NCBI GenBank assembly: GCA_036172245.1
Contig: JAYWIR010000017.1
Span: forward strand, 3,286,001 to 3,350,000
DNA length: 64,000 bases
From: Raillietiella orientalis
Taxonomy: Eukaryota
Direction: 5' to 3'
In this document: positions 11,401 to 25,100 of the stretch, one piece after another
How positions within the stretch are numbered: the stretch's first letter is position 1
How the letters are laid out: each line of letters begins with the position of its first letter
Notes under the pieces: model-generated
Seen by the model: only the letters and a program-made list of their open reading frames with translations
Told to the model about the DNA's origin: nothing
The model's database searches: none
Made by a program: the position numbers and the translations under genes

Positions 11401-14199
11401 GTTTCCCTGCTACTGATGATTGGTTCTCCAGTGCTAAGTCTGTAACTAAGCCAAACTAACTAACGGCTGCTTGTATTCTGCATCCACCTCTTTTCTTTCT
11501 TCAGTTTACCATCTTCTTTTCGGTTCTAGAGGAGGAGCCAAGGAACCGTTAAACTGTTGATAATCTTAAACTTAAATTGCATGCAGGGTCTTTTTTTTTT
11601 TTTTGAAATTGCGGCTTCGTATCCGACTTCGTGAATTATCCACGGCGATGATAATTCTGATATAAAATCTCCAAGGCTCGGTCATCAACTGAAATTCGCT
11701 GGCTGCCACTCGTGTTGCTATTCGCCTTCCCTCCTTGGAAGTTTCGTGAACTCTCTTCAGCTCCCAGCAGGTGATTTCGAGTCTACGAACTTGCAGCTTG
11801 TGAGAAACTCTTTGCACTTTCCCTTGTCATTTCTGTTTACGTGTCATCGATTCTTTCGAAATTTAATTCCTTCTCAGCACTACACGAGCGAACACACAGC
11901 CAAGCACATCCCACTTCGTATTTATTTATATTTTATCTCTTCCTGTATGTGCCTAGAATGGAATCATCCTCTTCCTTTTTGAAGAAGGAAAGCTTTGGGT
12001 AAATTCATTTATCAAAGAAATTTCAATATCACGGGTTAATTCGATGATCATGGGCTCAATGATGGCAAATGATTTCCTGAGCGAAAGTCCATGCCTGTGG
12101 GAAGTCTGCTGGGAGTTCCTCATTCAAAGAAATTTAGCCGGTGGCAATGGCTTGTCAAGATGTAATCTCATGTGTGTTCCCTGGCAAAATTTGAAGTTAT
12201 TGGATCAGTCGTCCGCATAGAGAAGTTCCACAGCACCTTCACATCCACGGAGGAACTCATTCACTCTTACCACTCACATAGCCACACCTTGAGAGTTTAT
12301 TCGGTTTTGCATATTTCCTGAACTTCCGTATCCCGACTTCGTTATGTTTTTAGACAGAGACGTTCCCCTTAGATTCTGATCAACCTGGGCTCTTTCATTG
12401 GTTGATGCTTCTTCCTTCGACCGTTTCTTGTATGAAATTTGGACGAAGTGAATTTCGAAGTGAACTTCGTTATCTCAGAAGTGATCCTTTCGATGGGCAC
12501 GACACTCTTGGCAACTTCAGATACGTTATGGTCCTTGCCCCGCTGGAGACAGTTTCCAAAAAGGCGGTAATTTTCTGTGTTTTCTTCACGTTTGGTTCCA
12601 CGCAAAAGATGTTGGAGACATTTTCGGCTACCTCCGCTCTCGTTGTATTCGCTGTGGTTGCTCATTCTGGCCGGTGGTCCAACCGATCCATCCCATATAC
12701 ATCAAATGAATGTTGATTGTGGTTCATCTCCAGCTGGGGACAGCATCTCTCTTTCTAAACATACTTTTCTCTCAACTCAGTTTTCTGTAGAACTACTAAA
12801 TTCCACTTTCGAGTCTTTGCACTGATACTTTGAGTCATCACTCGTGCCTTCTCTGTTTATCGAACTGTTTTTTGAAACAGCTGCCGTCTCTTGTACAGAA
12901 TAAGCGAGAGCTCCTCTGGTCACCATAAAATCCCTCATTTTCTAGCTTTTCCTTCCTTTCCACGCTACAGCTATTGTTTTTTTAAATCTAAAATTCTCCT
13001 TTGGTTGGGGGCCTTTTAGTCTTCAGCTGTTTTCAACCCACCTCCTTCTCTCCTTTCCTCAGATTACCTTCTAACTTTGGAACTGCTGTTTACTTAAACA
13101 TCGCAACAGGCAGGTCACATCGAACTTGGTCCTCCGTGAGTGATTTTCATTCTACAGGCAGACGAGTCGGTGACGCATTATCCAGACGAGGAGGAGAACC
13201 TGAAAATCATCAGCCTATGTGGTGCTTGCTCGTTTTCCAAACTGGACGCACTGGAATTTACAATTACTCTCTTGTAATCTTGCAATTATTTTCTGGATTC
13301 TATTCGCAGCAGAGCACGGCGGATCGAGAGACGTCGCTTTCGATCAGACCGTCTGAGCTCCTGTATCCAGGAAGAAAAAAAAAAAAAAAATCCAGCGAAA
13401 CCGTGCCGACTCATCTCTCTGAATTCCATCTTGAATTTGGTATCTCGGTAAGACCTATTAGGGCGCGTATTCCGAAATTGTCAAAGTCGTTGATTGCCTG
13501 TTGTCTTCCTCATACGCGCTCCGCACAAATCTCAAACACCATCAAGCAAACACAACCTATTCCTGATGTACTTGAGTCCGGATGAACTGTAGATCTTGGG
13601 AGCTCGGACTTCGAAAACCGAAATTATCCTCGATTATCATCTTGTGGTCCCACTTTGACCGACAAGAATTTTTGATTCTCGAAGCTGATTTTGTCGTCGT
13701 TCCACTGTTCCATGAGAATTTGAGCAATGACCATAAGACGATCTAATTTCCACTTTGAAACAGAAGATGATTTACTAGGAGGCCTCCCATCCGTGAAACA
13801 CGCTCGCGATGCTCTTCAGCTCTGAGTTTCGGCTGCACCTTTTCATGTCCTTGTAAAGATTCACCTGACACCCATCTCCGGAATCTGACGTAATGCTAAC
13901 GCAGTTCTTATTTCCATAGAGAACCGTTTAATCTCGTGGCATCTACTAGCCGGAAATATCTCCTTCTTACGAAAAATCGAAATCATTGCTGATTTCAGCA
14001 TGATTTCCCACGACGGTCTGTGCTCGCCCGCCGCAGCTTCAAGGGCCTTCCCATCAATTCAATGAAGCAACCGCTCTCAGGACCGGATCTAAAAATCATT
14101 TTTATCTGTTCAGCGATGTATAGTCTAAAACTGCACTGTTTTACTGGATCATTTTTCTTTTCCCTGTTCATTCAGTCTTGGTTCCAGGAAACCTTAATG

Positions 14200-15500
14200 C
14201 ACAGTTAATTGCCTCAGCATTAATCTTGGATATTGAAATGTCAGCATTCTGGAGTTTCGACTTCTAGACGGGTTCTGCTTTCCTATGTGTTCACAATTTC
14301 AAAACTGCAATCCTTTCACGTGATCCCTTCCAGAAAAAGTAAATAAGCAACCTTGCTTCCTGCATCCAGAGTTCATTTATAACACAAAACAACGCATTAA
14401 TCATTATTATTACGTATTACGTATCATTATTATTAGTATTAATTAAGTTACAAACGGATGTAGCAATCCTTTCCAAACAAGAAATAGGGCAGGTGCTTTC
14501 TCAAGACGATGCGGCCAAAAGCGTCTTCTATGTCTCTGAGTTGCCATTTAACCACAGCACACCAATTATTCAAAGATAGAGAGAGAAGACTTTGCGAATT
14601 CTGGAACTTCTGAGAACACCGGAACAATATGAGGACATGCGAATCTGGGCTTCCTCACAAAGATACAATAAATGCTTCTGGATGCAGAGGAGTCCAGTTA
14701 TCCCCACACGAAGTTCAAATGGGCTCCCACCACGTCATGGAATGCATACTGGTGTACAATGCGGCCGTTCGATACAATTCTACTTGGAGAAGAGGATGAG
14801 AAACTTTGGCATTTGGTAGGGGAACCTACATTCACGTCTACCAGGCTAATAATGTATTTATCTGCTCCTGTATATTGCCGCTCTTTCTCTGCGACACCTG
14901 CGTCCTTCTAAGTTTCGAATCAGCGTTCATTACATATTTCTGGCCAAATCTTCGATGCTTTCCATGCCATCGAAAATCCATTTTAGTCAGAGGATGGTGC
15001 ACGAAATCGAACATGCAAAACTCGTGGACGTATGCAGCAATGACTTTAAATCTGTAGACGTTGGAATCCCTCCTAATATGTCCTCAGTGAAATTTCCTTT
15101 GGGCATCCGGTTTAGGGAAGTTGCCCTTCCCCCTCCCCCCCTACTTTCAGGGCAATCTTTGTTTCATGGTTCTTACACTCTTTTCGATCGCGGCGACTCC
15201 TCAACACCAATCATTTATGCTGAGCATTTCGCTGCTTGGCTATCTGTTGAGCATTTTCCTGGAAGCATCCGGTCTACGCACAGTGGCGGACTGCGATCCC
15301 TATCCCAAATAATCACCATGGCAACACAGAAATAGCCAACGAGTTCCATTCTCCTGATGATCCGAAGCTTTCCGGTTTAGTTATTCTAAATTGAAGTGTA
15401 TGTCTTAGAGTACTGCTTTTCCTTAGTTCTGGTTCACGAAACACGAAATTCCTAGGACTTCTCTCGTATTTTTAATTATAATCTCGTTACGCCCTTTGCA
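14200..15500 (-). pseudogene. G: EVE-A: decayed rhabdovirus-like class III glycoprotein
   Basis: Minus-strand remnants in the order expected for rhabdoviral G: VGYFC (~15326-15340), AAKC, frameshifted FPKP.C (~15100-15120), ACSISCTIL* (~C.T...TIW, 14988-15017), CGDNW (~14695-14710). Lies directly upstream of the EVE-A L. Confidence 0.5.
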
Positions 15501-18299
15501 AATGAACATCAATATAGTTGTATTAGAATGCATTTGAAATTTGAAACTTGGGAGAATTAACATCGCCGAATTTGTCCATCAACCAAATGAGAAACCACAT
15601 CATTATGTTTCATGCGTATCAAGCAATTATAAGTAAGTAAATTCATGATCCATGCTTAGGAGTGGGGATCAAATTATGAAAAAAAAAAAAATTGAATAAA
15701 CAAATGGACCAGAGCAATGCCGTATACACATTGGTACCACTAGCGTCAGTATGGAAATCCATCCATTTGTTCCGTTCCATATTTTTAGCAAGGCCTGAAG
15801 ATGGTAAAGGGAGTGTATTTTCATTAATACAGTAGTATTTTTTTCGTCTAATCATTCAGATGCGCACGAAAATTCTTTAGACTTTCAAATGAGGGCATCC
15901 TGCATGCAAAAGGAAAACGGATACGAGTCATGCGAGACCTTTTTGGGATGCTGACACTGTGGAGCACTGCGAATCCTGGTTTTCACATCATTCATTAAAT
16001 AGTACGAGAGCGACGGTGTGCCAGAAGGCAGACGTGCGAACACCTAAATGTGCTGCAGTTCTTTCTATCGCCTTCCACATTGGAACTTCCAGCGCAAATC
16101 TCATCACTTCCTCCGAGTTCACGAAGAGCTGCCACGTTCTCGAGGACTTGAAACTTCCCTCGAGCGCACAGCTTTTTCCCAGTGCGCGCTGGAACGAACG
16201 ATGAAGTTGACGAATTTGTCCGGAATCCCTTCTTCTTCAGCACGCTGATCACGGAAAATATTAATCTTCCATCTTCTCTCGGAATCACTTTGCAATCGTC
16301 TTGCAGACGCATCTTCCCTCCAGACGACTTCTCGAATTGGTTCCCAAATGCCACCAAAAAAAGAAAAAAAAAGGAAAAGCGCATCATCTCGTGGCTGCCT
16401 GCCAGCCGATTCGTAAATTAGAAGGTGAGAGTATTTGGCAAAAGGCGAGTCCACCATACACCATCGTGGTGCGTATCTCTTCACCGTTTCTTTTCCTGGC
16501 AAGCTCTCCAAGAGGACCAATAAATTGATGAGCTCATTTGAGTTATCAGTGGAAATAAAAGGTGGATATTCCAGTCCCTTGAATACGCTGGGAATTCTAG
16601 TCCCTTTGAATTAGTAATCTGATACCTATCGGGAATTTCGAGGTGTGGACTTGGTGTGTACGATGCCCTTTCCATAGAGGATTCGGTCGTAGAAAGTAAA
16701 CAATCCTGTTCTAAAATTGCCATCTTTGATCTCATTAGAGAATCACCAATGTAATTTTCAATGTTTTCTCCTTTTATGTATCAAACATCGTGTCACTTGG
16801 TTTGGCACGCGGTTACAGCATTCTCTGATATTCGTGTCACCGACGGTTTTCTTTTTCCAGCTTCACACACAGTATCCCTAACGAAACACTTTCCGCGATA
16901 TTGTTTTTGTCTTTCTGTCTTTCAATTCGATGGAGGAATACTATACAGAAAGACTGATGCACCTTTTTCTGAATGGAAGGATCTCAAAGACATTTTTCTT
17001 CTTCATCAGCTGCGCGAGTTCTCCGATAGCTGCATTACATCACTGATGAAAAATTGGTACTCATCTGCGCATTCAGTGCCTTCGTAGTTCAAACGACTAG
17101 CGAAATTTCTTTTTCCCTTTCTCCTTCTTCTTTCTTCTTTGCATCACGATTTTGTTTGCGCGCATGTGTCTTAAGATTCGAATAAAAGATTTTCAGCACA
17201 GGATTCTGATCTTGACACAGGGATGCGATTTCTGCCGACATCATTTATTGGGTGATTTTTTGCCTCCTTCCAGAAGCAAGAACTTCCACAAAGAGACACA
17301 GTCCGAGCTGGGATCCATTCATCTTTGCTTCTCGCTGCAATTAAAAATTTTACCCCGATCTGCTTTGGGAATCTGTTTCTCAACTCTGGGATGACACCGG
17401 AGGGAATGAGAGGAACATTTCTCGACTGTCCAGAGCAGAGCATGAAATGCATTTTTAACAGTGACTTTCTTTTGCACAGTTAACAGATAATATTCATACG
17501 ACACACGTATCAGCTATGTACGCAGAGGCGCATATTTGTACTTGCAATCATGATACGTGTTGAAACACGTGTATCCGTGCATTTACATCTACGAGCACAT
17601 GTTTTGCACAGTTTTTTCTTTGTCTGTTTTGGATACGGATGAAATTCGTTTGCAGGTTTGGCGAGAGAATGAATTTGGAGATTTCGACTGAAGTATGTGC
17701 CCACAGATTTTATCTTCGGACCAATCTTCATTCCGTCACTCACTTCCCGGTATCGCTTCTACATTCACAAATAACAGCACATCCATCCCAGTTTTCCTTG
17801 CAGGCGAAGGCAGATGAGGACCCGTTTGCATGTTAAAAGCCACCCAGTTTGAACGCATTGCACTAGTACATGTAAATACATGATTACACTACATGTACAC
17901 GCTCATCAGTATATGTAATACCGACCACTTCGGGCAAATCCTGGCTAACTCCATCAATCTTTCCACAGCATTCGAGCACCTGAATGGAATCGCATTATTG
18001 CTGGGCAAAATTGCAAAGATGATCTGTCTTGGAGAGATCTGTCCAGCTGCCCCTTTCTTTCAGCTTGAAAATTCAAGTGCTGCACCCCAGAAGCGCAAGC
18101 AATCGGGCAGACCTCCTCATTTCTCGAAGAGTTGAAAGAGGTTTCATGTCTTGACCAACCCTCTTGTGTCAGGAAGAATGCGGGATGCAAAAAATAGAGC
18201 TTACAGGACTTGTTCATTCCAAGGAATTCACTTTTGAATAAGGAATGGCTGAATGTAGACGTGAGTTTATGTTCACTTTGTGTATGTGCATATTACTTA

Positions 18300-19600
18300 T
18301 ACGTCTGTCGATCATTACGGAATCACACATGTAGGCGATGAGAACACGCACACTGTCCATGCGATTGTGTTTATTAGAATGAGGGATTTCCGGAATTCAC
18401 CCTTAGCTCTATCTGCAAGGAGATTCTTTAGTTTTCGCTGCCATTGGGCATTTCCTAGCGTAATTTCAGTCTTCAGTCCAGGAAGTTTTCCCATTTCAAA
18501 TTTTTTTCTGAATCAGTGACTGTCTCAAGGCGCAGCTTCGCTTCTCGGATGGCAAAGAGCACGCAATATTCATCTTCTCAAAAGAACTTTTGGCTTGGTG
18601 ATTTTTGAGCGATTTGTTTCAGATTCAGGCGATTCACTTTAGATTTTTGCACCTCGGTTTTGAGCTCGAATTTCTGACAGATTGCGCCGCAGATCGTCTG
18701 TCTTCAGCACTCGGGTTTCCCTGGAATAGCATCTATAAATTGCATCCCGGAGCAGCGAGCGGGTAGTTAGTTCTCACCACTTGCGTCCCGACAGCCAAAT
18801 GGCATGAAAAATAGACGCGCTCTTTGCTGCATCTTCGCTCAAGTGAACTCAAACAAATACTGCGCTGCACAGCCATTCGGCCCTGGGGAGACGCGAAAGC
18901 AATTCTGTAGCAACTGGGAAAGAGTCTGGCAAGAGCGTCTGCCAATGGTGGTATATAAAGAACTCGCAGAAGAAAGCGCGCAGCTGCAAGATTGCTTGGG
19001 AGAACTTTGGCAGCCTGGACCCAGCTGCTGCTGCTGCAATCTTGCCGCGATGAGGTGGTGCAGAGTGTTGCTTTGCCACTGAAACCAATCTCATTCCGAT
19101 GTGGAAATTCGGATTATGGGAGAACTGACTGTAGAGGAGGTGGCCAAAGCTGCTTGCTTCGGGGGCACGTAAATATGCGCTTGAATAGAGGTGCCTTCGA
19201 TGGACCTGGGGCACGTGTGTCGATGGCAGCTGATAAATTGCCTGATATGTTGTTAAACTTTTTTTTTTTTTTCCTGCGATGGCATCAAAAGCTCCTGAAA
19301 CGAAGCCACTATTAACGGTTAAGCAAATTCGTGCACAGCAACCCGGACACGACGTGACGTACAGTGTTATGTGAGAAGGTTCACGTGAGCTCTTGCACGA
19401 TTTCGATTTTGTACACCAGGACGCCTTCCTCTGTCTCAGAGGGGCACAGAAGCGAGAAATTTCCACTGCAGACTCGTTTTAAGAAGCAGAAATGTCTGTT
19501 TATATCCTTCACTTCTCATGTACGCATTTCTGAAGGAAATCTCGCTGAAGATTTTCCTGCCCAAGTGCACTCGACAAACTTGGATTTCCTAAAAGCCACC
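18300..19600 (-). pseudogene. Possible decayed nucleoprotein (N)-like gene of EVE-A
   Basis: LFPSCYRI...LSSL...VYFSCHLA (ORF 18733..18945) loosely resembles the central RNA-binding region of mononegaviral N. Position and strand fit N-P-M-G-L order. Confidence 0.25.
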
Positions 19601-22436
19601 AGAAACTTGTGCCATGGGTGAAATGTTCTTCCCCGCTTTCCGGTGCCACCCCTGCCTCCGGATTGCCGACCGAATTGCGGGAATAGCTCATCACGAGAAG
19701 TGTTCCCGAAAAAACTCTTAATTAAACTTTGGATATTTGTAACGAAATGCCGGATCGGAATGAACTTTTCACAGCTGGAACCCGAGTCCCTCGAGGTTTT
19801 TGGTCCAACTGCTCTTAATCTTTCCTAATTTAAGTTTTCTGGTTTCGGTTGCGAGCCTCAAGGCACCTGGAAATTCTAAATGGAACCGTTAGCCAAGTCG
19901 TGAGCAAAAGCGAGCAGTTGCCGAGCGATCATCCAAACAAAGAGAATCCGATGAGGCAGTACCACCCCGGACCACTTTCCACAACCACGGAAACGCAGTT
20001 GAAACAGATGGAAATGGAAGGAACAGACAAAAAGGGAAGGAGGAACGGAAGGAATGAAACGAAATGCAAGATGACTTTTCTTGGATCCGAATCTGCAGTG
20101 CATGAGTTTCAGGAAACCCAAGGCTTTCTTTCTGTCCAAACGAGCAAAGTCCACGCACACGAGGATTCGATTGAAAGTTCGCTTGAAGGCCCCACCCTGC
20201 ACCTGCTCGGAGACTCGGAAAAAGAAAAGGGGTAGGCAACAGTGTCGTGACAGCTATGCTTTTTCTTTCTGCATCATCACATATACACGTACATGTACAC
20301 AGGCGCATGCACACGAACATGATGATATACGTTTTTTTTTTTTTTTTTTCTTCCCCAGATATCCTCAGCAGTGGTATCGCTCTCCATAGCCGTTCGAAAA
20401 GCACCGAAAATCCCAGGACCAATTTCAGTTTTCCTTTCCTTACTAAGTATCTTTCGTCTCTATTGTGGTCCAAGATTTTGTTTACACAGGTTTAACGGCT
20501 CCTCCCGAGATACCCGAATGATGGATAGAACTGAATTCCACGAAATCTCTTTCGCTCTGGGACCTCTTTGCAAGTCGTTTGTTTCAGTGTTTGAGTTATG
20601 GCGCGGAAGGAATCGCGAAAACACAGATCCCTCATCACTGAAGGTTCGCACCGGCGGCGCTGCGACCCGACGGACGAAGATGCCAGCTTCGAATCTTTCA
20701 GGAATTCGTCTCTGTCGTCCAGGAAAGCCCACTTCTCGGCCTGTTGTCCGCTCCCCCCTTCAGTCAGCGTCTCTCCCTCTCGATGTCAGTCGGACAGGCT
20801 CGAAACAACGGAACACGCTGTTTCCGCGCTCCTGGTTCCCGTTTCGCTTTCTATCATCCCCACGTTCGTAATACGCACTGAAGCGGGGATGAAAGGTGTG
20901 TTAACTTAAATAGTGGACAAAGTGAAAGTGAGCTAAACGAAGGTCAGACGCCAAAATATCCTCTGTCTGCCATCTTCAAAAATCCAGAAAACTGGAAGTC
21001 AACTTGCTTGTGGGAAGTTTTGAAAATCTGTTCCACTCTTTGGATAAATAAAGCTTTTTTTACAGGTCTCTGGAGCAGATGTCCACTTCTCTACAGAAAA
21101 TCACCCATCATCCAACCTGAGGAATGATAATGCGCTAGTGTGTGCGTGTTGAACTCTGCACCGATGACCAACTTGTTCTACTATATGCAAATGTGAAGGA
21201 AGTCGCAGCGCAAATTATGGATGCTTTCCTCTCGATTGAGTGTCATCGAGGGTCTTACAGGATCTGTCCGAATAAAAGTTAAAATGGTCCGAAACTGCTT
21301 CCAGAGCCGTTTCCAGTGAAACGGAGCTCGGAATTCAATCTTCTTGAAGGCAATTTGGTTGATTACCTTTGAAATCACCGTAATCATCGCAATCAGCTCT
21401 CCCGTGCTCCCTTTTCTGATCAAATAAATCTGCCGATAAATTGAGCGGAGGTGGAATGGGAGAGAAGATGTTTTCCTTTGTTTGTCTGATCACCGCATGC
21501 CCTATCTATCATAATGATTGCTCTCAGGTGCCAATTCTTCATTTCAGATAAGGCTCCAAGTTCTTCCCATCTCCTCCTTAGAGGTGGACAAACAAAATTA
21601 ATCACTCGTAATGAAAGAGACTACCTGGGGGTAGCAAATCACTAAATTGGAACCGGTGTATTAATTTATCAACGCAACCCCTCACTCGACTTCTAGGTAG
21701 TTCGAAGTGATAATTTTTTTGTTTACCAGATTGATCTTGTTGAGGTAACAAATGTTTGAAGAAACAAAACAAAACGATTCATGTTTCGCAGGTGCCCACT
21801 TTCATCTTGGGCACCGCTTGGAAGGAGAAATTTCTGCACAGCCGCATCTTCCGAGGAAATAAATAACGGGGAGGGTTTTTTTTTTTGTGTGTGTGTGTGT
21901 CTTCTCGGCTGATGCTGCCTTCCCTTGCTATAGCGATCGGTAACTTTGGAAGGAATCATCTTCGTGTGTTTATTTCATGCGGGCACACTCGAAAAATTGT
22001 TCCAGAACTTTCCGACGCAGAGAAGCAATTTTTTCTCCCCTCCGAAAATTCCGTCATGTTGAAGCACAGGGCGAGGACGTGGACGAAACGATTTCTTGAA
22101 AACACAGTAAATCCTTGCATGTGACGGCGGACAGTTCCGCATTATAAGTGCCCCATGGGTTAACACATAGATAGCAGGATAATATTTATGAAAGATATGG
22201 AATGCACCTTAGAACCTCAGAACCGTATATAGAATGTACCTGAGAACCGCATTACCTGAGAACCGATCAGGAATTGTTCTTCACGAGAACGCGCACCTTG
22301 GCAACACATGCTGTCCGCACATTCCAGAAAATTCAGAATACGTGCTATTTCATTTCAGTGCAAAAAGAGTAAATGAAAATCTGTTTATCTATTACTTTAC
22401 TTACAGTTAAAAAAAGCCTCTAGAGTTTTGCTGGTA

Positions 22437-23278
22437 CGAGGCGCATCTCAAAAGCAAGGGCCGATCGGATGTAAAGAAAGAACAAATAAGGGAAACAAAA
22501 ATAATGTATTGGTGGTTCGAAATACGTACGTCCCCATGTCATTTTTCTAAGTCATCACTATTTTTTTTCAAACACCTTGGATACTGCCGAAGAAGGTTTT
22601 TGAAACCCTCTGCATCGAATTCCGCCGCCTGGGAGTTCAGTCGGTTCAGCAGCGCCGCAGTTTTCCACTCTTCATTTCCTCCCTCGAATCGTTCAGCCAC
22701 TTCTTGAGGTGCGGGAAGACGTGGTGATCAGTGGGCCGCAAGACCAAGTGTGGGACTAAAAGAGTGGACTATATGGATCCTAGAACAACCATCACTTCGC
22801 AAGTCTGCTGTGAAACACTTTCAGCACTACGGTGTGCCATTCAGAACCGACGACGTGGGATGCTGAGATCAGGAATTGTTCTTGTCCTTCACGACAACGC
22901 GCGCCTTGGCAACACATGCTGTCCACACATTCCAGACAATTCGGAAATTCGAATGGGAACTTTTCGATCACCCTGTCCTGACCTCGCGTCCACTGATCAC
23001 CACGTCTTCCCGCACCACAAGAAGTGGTTCAAAGATTCGAGGGGGAAGACGAGGAGTGGAAAACTGCGGTACTGCTGAACTCCCAGGCGGCGGAATTCGA
23101 TGCAGAAGGTTTCCAAAACCTTCTTCGGCCGTATCCAAAGTGTTTGAAAAAAAATGGTGATGACGTAGAAAAATGACATGGGGAGGTACGTATTTCGATC
23201 CATCAATACATTATTTTTGTTTCCCTTATTTGTTCTTTCTTCACATTTGATAGGCCCTTGCTTTTGAGATGAGCCTCG
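22437..23278 (+). mobile_element. Mariner (Tc1/mariner) non-autonomous fold-back derivative with ~300-bp inverted arms and TA target-site duplication
   Basis: TA-cgaggcgcatctcaaaagcaagggcc ... ggcccttgcttttgagatgagcctcg-TA. Arms ~22437-22745 and ~22980-23278 are inverted copies. Transposase remnants: AIQNRRRGMLRSGIVLVLHDNAR, PDLASTDHHVFPHHKKWF (~YSPDLAPSD), YPKCLKKNGDDVEK*. Confidence 0.93.
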
Positions 23279-24099
23279 TATTTAATCAATTCAGACAATT
23301 CTCTGATTGAACTTTGTCACTCTCGTCGTTCAACGTTTCCACCTACTGAAGTCACATAACCTCATTCTTCTTGAAAACAGCTGAACAGACGAACCGCACC
23401 ACGGAATCAGAATCCATTCGACAGGATCATAAGGGGTTATCCACCGCGTTATACGAGGCCTGCCACCACTTTTCTGCTGCGTTGTACAGAGGACTGTCCA
23501 CTGCACTTGCCGTTTTCAAAGGCCATCGAAAAGTGCGCGTTCGTTACTCCCATTTCGCGCATGCATTTTCATTTCAGGGGGACTCCATTTTTTCACCTCT
23601 CTGATCACTTTTTTCCGTTTTTTTAAATTTCGGAAACGTCCCGTGAATACAAAACTCCAAGCCATGATGCTGAGAAGGTGAAGACTTGTTTCTATCCCGA
23701 TCTCATTCAAGATCATTCTTCAGTGCCTGGGAAGTAGTGGACGGGACAATCTGATAAACCTTTGCTTCCAAGAACTTGGTTGATGGAATGACTGTCGACT
23801 GATCTGCTGTTCTGGAACTTGCGAGTACCTCAGTGCAATGCTTTTTCTGAAGCCTGTGGCAGTCTTACTTATAGACTTTATAGAACACGTTGGCGTCATT
23901 CTGTCGCAAATTCCTCGAACGTTCCTCTCGCACGTGCTCAAAGCGAAGGACTTTCTGAGGATCCGCCACTGATTTGCGGTTTTTGAGCCGAATCTTCGTA
24001 AGAGTCGAACTTTCGAATGATCTTCATCGAAGAGACAGCCGTGGCAGGCAAGCAGGCATCTTCCAGAGCGAAGCCTCTCTGACGACGAGACGGGGTTTC

Positions 24100-25100
24100 C
24101 GGGAAAAAAATTTCGCTCTTCCTACGGCAGACCCCGGATTCCAGACTCCCTCCTTCTCTCCCGTCTCCCACAGGATTAGCACGACGATCAGAAGAATGTT
24201 GCGAATCTCTAAACATGAAGTTTTAAGCACCCCTGGAAATTTGCCTTTGTAGAATCAACAAGAAACACAAACGCAATATTTCTTCCCTCGGCTTATTGCT
24301 GAAGACGGAAGCGTCTCTTCCTCTTTCCTGTTCTTCGTTTTCCATTTCGTTCTGGTTAAGAATGTCCGCAATTACATAAACCCGTAGCGATTTATTCTTG
24401 GAAATTATGACAAAATAATGGCGAGCAGTTTAGAGCACACCATTCCTTCCCCCTCAGCCACCGCCAATAAACAATTATTCCCTGACAGAGATTCGCTCAT
24501 GATCGCTTATAAGGAAAGTATTTTTCATCTGGAGGAATACTTGGTCCTGAACCTTTTTTTCCGAGAGTATTCCCATCCGTTTTTGAAAATTCTGGCGGTC
24601 GCAGCTGCACATGAGCCACATCCGAATAAATCTCGTCTGCCTTCCTCTCAGGATCAGGAGACGTTTCGGTCCAAGTCATAACAAGCTGTTTTCCATCAAC
24701 AGTAAGGAACAGAATCACTTGCCACGATGGTAATCTCGCCGGAACGCTCATCCTTCACAATTTGCAGACAGTTTGTAATTCGCTCTAAATCAGGTGAGCG
24801 ATGACCTCTTCTTGAGGAAAGCTAAGGGCGGAGTTTTTTTTTTTTTTTTTTTCCCTCCTTTTGTTTCGTTTCGGAATCTCCGGTGATCTCTCGAAGGCTG
24901 AAGATGTGGTCTCTTAAAGGTCTGTAATGATCTCGGTGAGGAGTCAGCTGCTTGTTTACTCCTGTGGTTCCCAGAAAGCTAGTGGAGGAAAACTCCAACT
25001 GCCTGCTCAAGCAGGGCAGATCAGTCGATCGATAGATAGATGTAAGACGAAAACCCATAGAGGAATCGGATGCTAGGGTCGTGAAGCCTCACAGAAGGAC
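24100..25100 (-). pseudogene. Possible additional decayed viral N-like gene
   Basis: DEKYFPYKR followed across a frameshift by ISVRNNCLLA (~24465-24530) resembles the YFP..R...LS...N..L pattern of mononegaviral N. Same strand as the other EVE genes. Confidence 0.28.

Larger units (their letters stand above)
6850..14100 (-). pseudogene. L: EVE-A: decayed Mononegavirales-like L (RdRp-PRNTase-MTase) gene, apparently interrupted by a 28S rRNA fragment
   Basis: Collinear minus-strand remnants: CLMVFEICAER (13516-13548), KEPRL (motif F-like, ~12385), VDVKVLWNFSMR (motif A, 12213-12248), frameshifted GM..FRQKSFAII (motif B, ~12060-12095), LQVRRLEIT (~11770-11797), ENDPYSF (~11247-11267), GKVDTT (10829-10846), GGGVVHAF (HR-motif-like, ~10126-10149), ILGEGA (MTase GxGxG, 8721-8738). 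The extension to 6850-7570 (EPDAMMAEAD, EFKP) is weaker. Confidence 0.72.

Noticed and set aside
13525..13560. RLCLLDGV resembling a NACHT Walker B
   Set aside because: No Walker A. The alternative frame CLMVFEICAER fits the collinear L series.
14592..15335. Protein-looking plus-strand ORFs (LLDAEESSYPH..., QRMVHEIEHAK...)
   Set aside because: No recognisable family. Better explained as the antisense shadow of the minus-strand G remnant.
16481..16735. NSKGLEFP resembling an SF1/Schlafen helicase motif
   Set aside because: Single short motif with no Walker A. The region may instead be a viral M/P interval.
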